DNA from: an uncultured archaeon
GTDB taxonomy: Archaea; Asgardarchaeota; Thorarchaeia; Thorarchaeales; CAZPUN01
Assembly: GCA_964589775.1 (NCBI GenBank)
Contig: CAZPUN010000059.1
Span: forward strand, 1 to 32,000
Direction of reading: 5' to 3'
DNA: 32,000 nucleotides
The notes beneath the pieces were generated by a model. It had not been told where the DNA came from. It searched no databases and saw nothing but the letters and a program-made list of their open reading frames with translations. Below, in pieces: positions 27,304 to 32,000 of this stretch. The stretch's first letter is position 1. The number at the start of each line of letters is the position of its first letter. A program made the translations under genes and the position numbers.

Positions 27304-28136
27304 TGATTCAATTCTTTTTCAATTTCCTTTAATTGCATATTAATATAAGACTTGAATGCCGCAGCATATTCGGGATTCAATCCTAAAGCAACCATAAATT
27401 CAGTCCATAATATATTTGCAACGCGTACAAATACAGATATTTTCTTAGCATGTGTGATCAATGACTCGGATATCACATTTCTAAGACATGATAATTTTTC
27501 CAAATTTAAATTATGCTCAACGATTAAATTCGCAAGATCAAATGATAAATCACCAATACCCGCATATTCCCAATCGATCAGAAATATATACTTTTTAGAC
27601 TGAACAATCAAGTTTTCAAAACGAAAATCACCGTGAACTAATTTACTAGATGATGCATTTGAAAGTGTTGATAACAAATCATGTAAAGGCGCGATATATT
27701 TGGACACTGATGAGGCGTAGCCATTTTTCTTCAATAAATTAATACGCTCTACAATGAATTTTTCAAAATATGATTCTAAATCATACTTTATCGTTGCCTG
27801 TTTTAAATTGATCTTTTGTAGATATCCAAGCAAGTTACATATCAGGTGTGGTTCGAGATTTAGTGCTTTAATAGGTATTCCGGGGAGATATTCAAGCCAT
27901 AAAACAGGAAGAGAAAAAGATTCCTCATCAAAGAAAATAACTTTGGGCGAAACGTAAGAGCCTTCTATTTGTTTTAAAATAGCATATTCGTTGTACGTGT
28001 TATCTACAAAATGTTCATGAATTGGCACTTTAACGACAAACTTATGATAATTTGTAATCACCAAATAATTAATGTGCATATATCCACCTAAGCGCCCAAA
28101 CTTTATTACGGGCTCATTAAATATTTTTTCAGACAT
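27300..28136 (-). CDS. Aminoglycoside phosphotransferase/choline kinase-family phosphotransferase
   Basis: VVK, NEYAIL, LEYLPG, LVHGDFRFENL, IDWEYAG.GD..FDLA. Start uncertain (the ORF is open from 28220). Confidence 0.85.
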   Translation of the reverse strand: MSEKIFNEPVIKFGRLGGYMHINYLVITNYHKFVVKVPIHEHFVDNTYNEYAILKQIEGSYVSPKVIFFDEESFSLPVLWLEYLPGIPIKALNLEPHLICNLLGYLQKINLKQATIKYDLESYFEKFIVERINLLKKNGYASSVSKYIAPLHDLLSTLSNASSSKLVHGDFRFENLIVQSKKYIFLIDWEYAGIGDLSFDLANLIVEHNLNLEKLSCLRNVISESLITHAKKISVFVRVANILWTEFMVALGLNPEYAAAFKSYINMQLKEIEKELNH

Positions 28137-28269
28137 TCTTACAAAGTATGAGACTATTTTCTTAAACATAATAATCACTATTACGCAAAGCCTTATTATT
28201 AAATAGATGGATTCTAACAAAAAATATTATATGCATAAGAATTGCGTTTGAATATGGTGAGATATCTTC

Positions 28270-28551
28270 ATGAAAGGCCCGGATATTTTGAAAACATGCG
28301 CACTACCATTCAGGAGATACGGAGATAAAATCACAGAGGACCAGTTTGTATATCATCTCTCATTTACTCTAAAACTAGCACCACCAAGTAAAATACGCCA
28401 ACTCCTGTATATTGCAATAAAAGAGAAAGAAATAATAAAAGTTGAAAATGAATATATGGTACCTGTATTTCAACCACATATTCTTCGTATTCCGTTCAAT
28501 TATGCACCAACTTTTGACTTCGGAAAAGAGGTCCCACAATATTATTCTTAG
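28270..28551 (+). CDS. DUF2240-like archaeal small protein
   Basis: ALPFR..G..I....FVYHLSF.LK..PP......L..A......, F....IP.NY.P pattern. GGTGA RBS. Confidence 0.65.
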   Translation: MKGPDILKTCALPFRRYGDKITEDQFVYHLSFTLKLAPPSKIRQLLYIAIKEKEIIKVENEYMVPVFQPHILRIPFNYAPTFDFGKEVPQYYS

Positions 28552-29672
28552 TTAGATGTAGATTTTATGAATTGTTCGTATGCATATGCAGTCGAAATCA
28601 ATAAGTGCATCAGGTGTATATCTGGATATTTTCCTTTAACTAATTCAAATTCACGCTCACTAGTTATATCTAGGATTTTCATTTTTAGATCTCGTGGGAA
28701 TGATGAATTAAGGATCATTTCTGCAAATGCTTGTATTATTTGTTCGGGGGAATACTGTTCAATCGCAATCAACTTGCGAATTTCTTTCATAGTAGTCGCG
28801 AATTTTTTAGAAAGCGTTTGCTCAAATAAATTCTTTAATTTAAACTGTAAATCTTGCTCATGAATCGAATATAGAAGGTCTTCTGTTATATGTTTAGACT
28901 TTAGAGATGCAACTTGCAAATATGTAATTGCAAGCTTCAAATCACCATTTGAGAGCCAGTGTAGCGCATTTAGTGCGCCTTTTTCAAACTGTATTTTTTC
29001 TTTTTGCGATACACTTGCGAAAAATTTCTCAAAATCATCAATAGTTAATTTTTCAAAAGAAATAATAGAACAACGCGAACGAATAGGTGTAATTATCCCT
29101 GCAAGAGATGAGGATACAAATACAAATCTACAAACAGAACTATATTTTTCAATAACCCGGCGCAGCCCATGTTGCATGGACCGCGTTAGTAAATCCGCAT
29201 CGCGTAAGATTAGAATTTTAAATGGAGCATCACCAAGGATCTGCTCACTTGCAAATAGTCTAATAGCACCAAGTAAAATATCCTTCTTATTGGGGTTTCG
29301 CGATATTCCTTGTGATTTTAAATTATTCAAAACATCAATATAAACTCGCGATAAGTACTTTTCTGTGCGAGTGTATTTTCTGGAATCAGCTGCCATCTTA
29401 TCAAGTGATTTTTTCATAACAGTTAAGGTTGTTCGTAATATATCAGAGACATTTAATTCAAGAATGTAATCATTATATGACTCACCCAAAATTTCCCGCG
29501 CAGTAAGTAACAACATGCTTGTTTTAAGAGAACCACGAGGACCAACTAATAACAAATGTGGTAGAGTCTTTTGCCGAATATAACCTTGAAATATTTCAAT
29601 ATTAGAAGAATTACCAACAACTTCATTCCAATTTTGAGGGCGATATTTTTCGATCCATAATGGGGAGTCCAT
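28548..29672 (-). CDS. rfcS: Replication factor C small-subunit paralog with degenerate ATPase motifs and a large insertion
   Basis: LWIEKYRP, LPHLLLVGP, ELNVSD, FKILIL.DAD.LT...Q..LRRVIEKYS..CRF, PIRSRC, GDL..AI..LQ. Confidence 0.85.
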   Translation of the reverse strand: MDSPLWIEKYRPQNWNEVVGNSSNIEIFQGYIRQKTLPHLLLVGPRGSLKTSMLLLTAREILGESYNDYILELNVSDILRTTLTVMKKSLDKMAADSRKYTRTEKYLSRVYIDVLNNLKSQGISRNPNKKDILLGAIRLFASEQILGDAPFKILILRDADLLTRSMQHGLRRVIEKYSSVCRFVFVSSSLAGIITPIRSRCSIISFEKLTIDDFEKFFASVSQKEKIQFEKGALNALHWLSNGDLKLAITYLQVASLKSKHITEDLLYSIHEQDLQFKLKNLFEQTLSKKFATTMKEIRKLIAIEQYSPEQIIQAFAEMILNSSFPRDLKMKILDITSEREFELVKGKYPDIHLMHLLISTAYAYEQFIKSTSN

Positions 29673-29831
29673 TTGAAATTCCTCATCAATTTAGGTGACA
29701 TTTTAATATTTGAGATTTCTGTTTGATAGCCGATTCCATAGAATTAATATGTATATTTTTGATTGAAGTCTAGAATTAAACATAAGAATTTCAGCTATAG
29801 GATTTTTATGCGTGCAGGGTAGGTATTAATA

Positions 29832-31544
29832 ATGGAACTTGACAAGACCTTAAGAAGGGAACTTGAATATATTTCTCGTGATGATCTAATGAAAGCTGCT
29901 CTATTATGGGGCATAGATTTCAAAAATAAAAAATTTTCAGATAATTTGTTAGACCTTCTCGCCGTTGAAATGAGCAAAGAAGAAAAAATCCACAAGATAA
30001 TCAACGATCTAGATGATTTAGAACGTGATTTTTTAGGCTTATTGCTATTAAATAGAGGTGCAATGATACAACGAGAGTTGAGGGTTTTTGCACGTAAGTA
30101 CAGTTCAGGTAAACTTACTGCAACAGAAAAATCATTGAGAAACAAAGGATTAATATATCGTCGTATTATACCTACAAGAACCGAATATGTATCAAGCTCC
30201 GTAGAATACCGTATAATATCAAAATTTGTGCCATATTTAACTGAATTATTAGAAAAATACCCTGCAGAAGAAGACGTCACTGAGAAAATAGATAATGTAG
30301 ACTCCCAAGGAAATAGTATGCTTGTAGATATTCTTCAATTTGCTTCATACATTGATAAAAATAAAATCAAGTTAAGTATGAGCTTTGAGTATCCTAAAAA
30401 GCACTTGGATAAAATAAAATCAATTCTGAGTGATCCATCCGATGAAAGATTTGAAAAAGTAGATAGATATTCACGAAGGGCTGAAGTCTATTATGTGGAT
30501 AACAAAAACTACATAAATTTAGGAGATGTACTGGGTATCTTTTCTGGGCCTCAAGAATTTGTTACACTACGATTTATCAAAGAATATTTAGGAAGATCCC
30601 GATCATCTTGGTCAGCAGATGAAACTTCATCAGAACAGTTCTTGAATATAATCGTATGTAGATTAAGACAAAAAACAGATACATGGATGACAATAGATGG
30701 TCTTGTAAAATGGATTAAAGCTGAAATATTTAGGGCTAAGGAAGGAAGACTTTGGATTCAAATACAAAAAATGAGAATAATTGAGGCATTAAAGTTATTC
30801 TATGATTTCGGAATTGTAGAATATGGATATAAAAATGGTGAGCTATTTGCCATAAGAGTGACTGATTTTGGTAAAAATGTATTATTTGAAAAAGCAGACC
30901 CATCAAAAACTGGACGACAAGATGGCTTTATTGTCAGACCAGACTTTGAAATTATTGTTTTTTCGAATGAAATAGATCTAGCAATCCAATTTTTACTTGC
31001 GAGATTTACTGAACCAACCCGTACAGATGTTGTTTGCAGTTATAAATTAACAGAGGACACCGTATTTGGTGCAATTGAACAAGGTATTAGTGTACAAAAC
31101 ATTCTAACCTTCTTGAAAAAACATAGTAGAAAACCAATTCCAGATAATGTCAAAAGAACAATTGAGGGATGGGCTTCAAGAGCACTTTCGGCAAAAATTT
31201 CTACAGTAACATTATTAGAAACAGATTCAGAGCGAGATATGATTAATATTTTGAGCTTTCCATTTATGAAAAACTATTTCGTACGAAAGATTTCACCAAC
31301 CGCAATAATAATTCAAGGAGACATAAACGCACTGTCAAAAGAACTAAGGAAAAAGAAATGCTCCATAAACTTACCAGAAGAAGAAACCTCACGAATGAAG
31401 ATTATTGCATATACACCTAGAAAATACACACGAGAAAACAGAAGCTCAATTCCGGAATCATGCAGAGATTGTCCAGCAGCAGATAGTTGTTTCTTAATAT
31501 ACAAAAAGGACAAATCATGGAACCGATTTATGCATATATATTAA
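29832..31544 (+). CDS. Helicase-associated (Helicase_C_3) domain protein, Tfb2/p52-like, with a C-terminal CxxCx5C motif
   Basis: FIVRPDFEIIV...LARFTE...YKLTEDTVFGAIEQG.....ILTFLKKHSRKPIPDNVKRTIEGW; no helicase motifs; ends CRDCPAADSC. Confidence 0.8.
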   Translation: MELDKTLRRELEYISRDDLMKAALLWGIDFKNKKFSDNLLDLLAVEMSKEEKIHKIINDLDDLERDFLGLLLLNRGAMIQRELRVFARKYSSGKLTATEKSLRNKGLIYRRIIPTRTEYVSSSVEYRIISKFVPYLTELLEKYPAEEDVTEKIDNVDSQGNSMLVDILQFASYIDKNKIKLSMSFEYPKKHLDKIKSILSDPSDERFEKVDRYSRRAEVYYVDNKNYINLGDVLGIFSGPQEFVTLRFIKEYLGRSRSSWSADETSSEQFLNIIVCRLRQKTDTWMTIDGLVKWIKAEIFRAKEGRLWIQIQKMRIIEALKLFYDFGIVEYGYKNGELFAIRVTDFGKNVLFEKADPSKTGRQDGFIVRPDFEIIVFSNEIDLAIQFLLARFTEPTRTDVVCSYKLTEDTVFGAIEQGISVQNILTFLKKHSRKPIPDNVKRTIEGWASRALSAKISTVTLLETDSERDMINILSFPFMKNYFVRKISPTAIIIQGDINALSKELRKKKCSINLPEEETSRMKIIAYTPRKYTRENRSSIPESCRDCPAADSCFLIYKKDKSWNRFMHIY

Positions 31545-31635
31545 TAAAACACATTTGAAAGGCAAAAGCTTTTTTACATATTATTTTTTGATATGATTCA
31601 AAAACACTTACAACATAGGTGGTGTTGCTAAGAAT

Positions 31636-32000
31636 ATGACTTCAAAATTTGTAAAATTTATTCAGGAATATCGATATAAAATGGCGACACTTCCAATGCT
31701 AGTAGCATTTGGAACAATATTTTTCAGACAAGAGATATGGTTTAATGGCGTCGGATTAGGATTAATTATTGCCAGCTTAACGTTACATGGCATTTATCCT
31801 CTTGACGATTATATGGAAGGCAAACGTTCAGACTTACCAAAAACAGCAATATGGATGATTATAGCATCATTTGTATTAGTTCCAGTAATTGTAGCAATTG
31901 CACAAGTATTATGGTTAACACCTGGCGCAACACTACTAGAAATACTCTTTTCAGTTGGAGAATTACCATTATGTCTTGCATTTATGATGGTTGGCTTTTA
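31636..32000 (+). CDS. 5' part of a membrane protein, possibly UbiA prenyltransferase-like; truncated by the window end
   Basis: Open frame MTSKFVKFIQEYRYK...LTLHGIYPLDDYMEGKRSD...; GGTGGTG RBS; the acidic motif after TM2 resembles UbiA NDxxD. Confidence 0.6.
   Translation, partial: MTSKFVKFIQEYRYKMATLPMLVAFGTIFFRQEIWFNGVGLGLIIASLTLHGIYPLDDYMEGKRSDLPKTAIWMIIASFVLVPVIVAIAQVLWLTPGATLLEILFSVGELPLCLAFMMVGF

Noticed and set aside
28548-29672. Intein in the RFC small subunit
   Set aside because: The insertion is short, lacks the C/S...HN-C/S/T splice residues, and is not at the usual Walker A site.

Overview
AT-rich, densely coding archaeal chromosomal segment with GGTGA/GGAGG RBSs, TTG/GTG starts, BRE-TATA promoters and oligo-T ends. 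Gene content and protein repeat types suggest an Asgard archaeon (inference). From left to right it holds: the 3' end of a 9-aa tandem-repeat protein; a minimal SufC-SufB (SMS-type) Fe-S operon; RidA; a TPR protein; a swivel (phospho-His) domain lacking its His; a RAM / EamA-RAM / ABC exporter cluster; a coiled-coil protein; a RimK-like ligase; a sequon-rich Ig-repeat surface protein; a radical SAM/SPASM enzyme; AhcY; a molybdopterin oxidoreductase; a GH15-like hydrolase; a gluzincin with an RHH protein; AbrB-ACT, ECF-S-like and YkgJ proteins; and a DNA-repair cluster (eukaryote/bacteria-type XPB, kinase, DUF2240, degenerate RFC small subunit, p52/Tfb2-like protein). The two best leads are (1) an unannotated, multi-stem ~260-nt RNA at ~22780-23040 with its own promoter, and (2) an XPB + p52-like pair resembling a minimal TFIIH core. 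I saw no rRNA, tRNA, CRISPR array or transposase. All family calls are from motif recognition by eye, not database searches.
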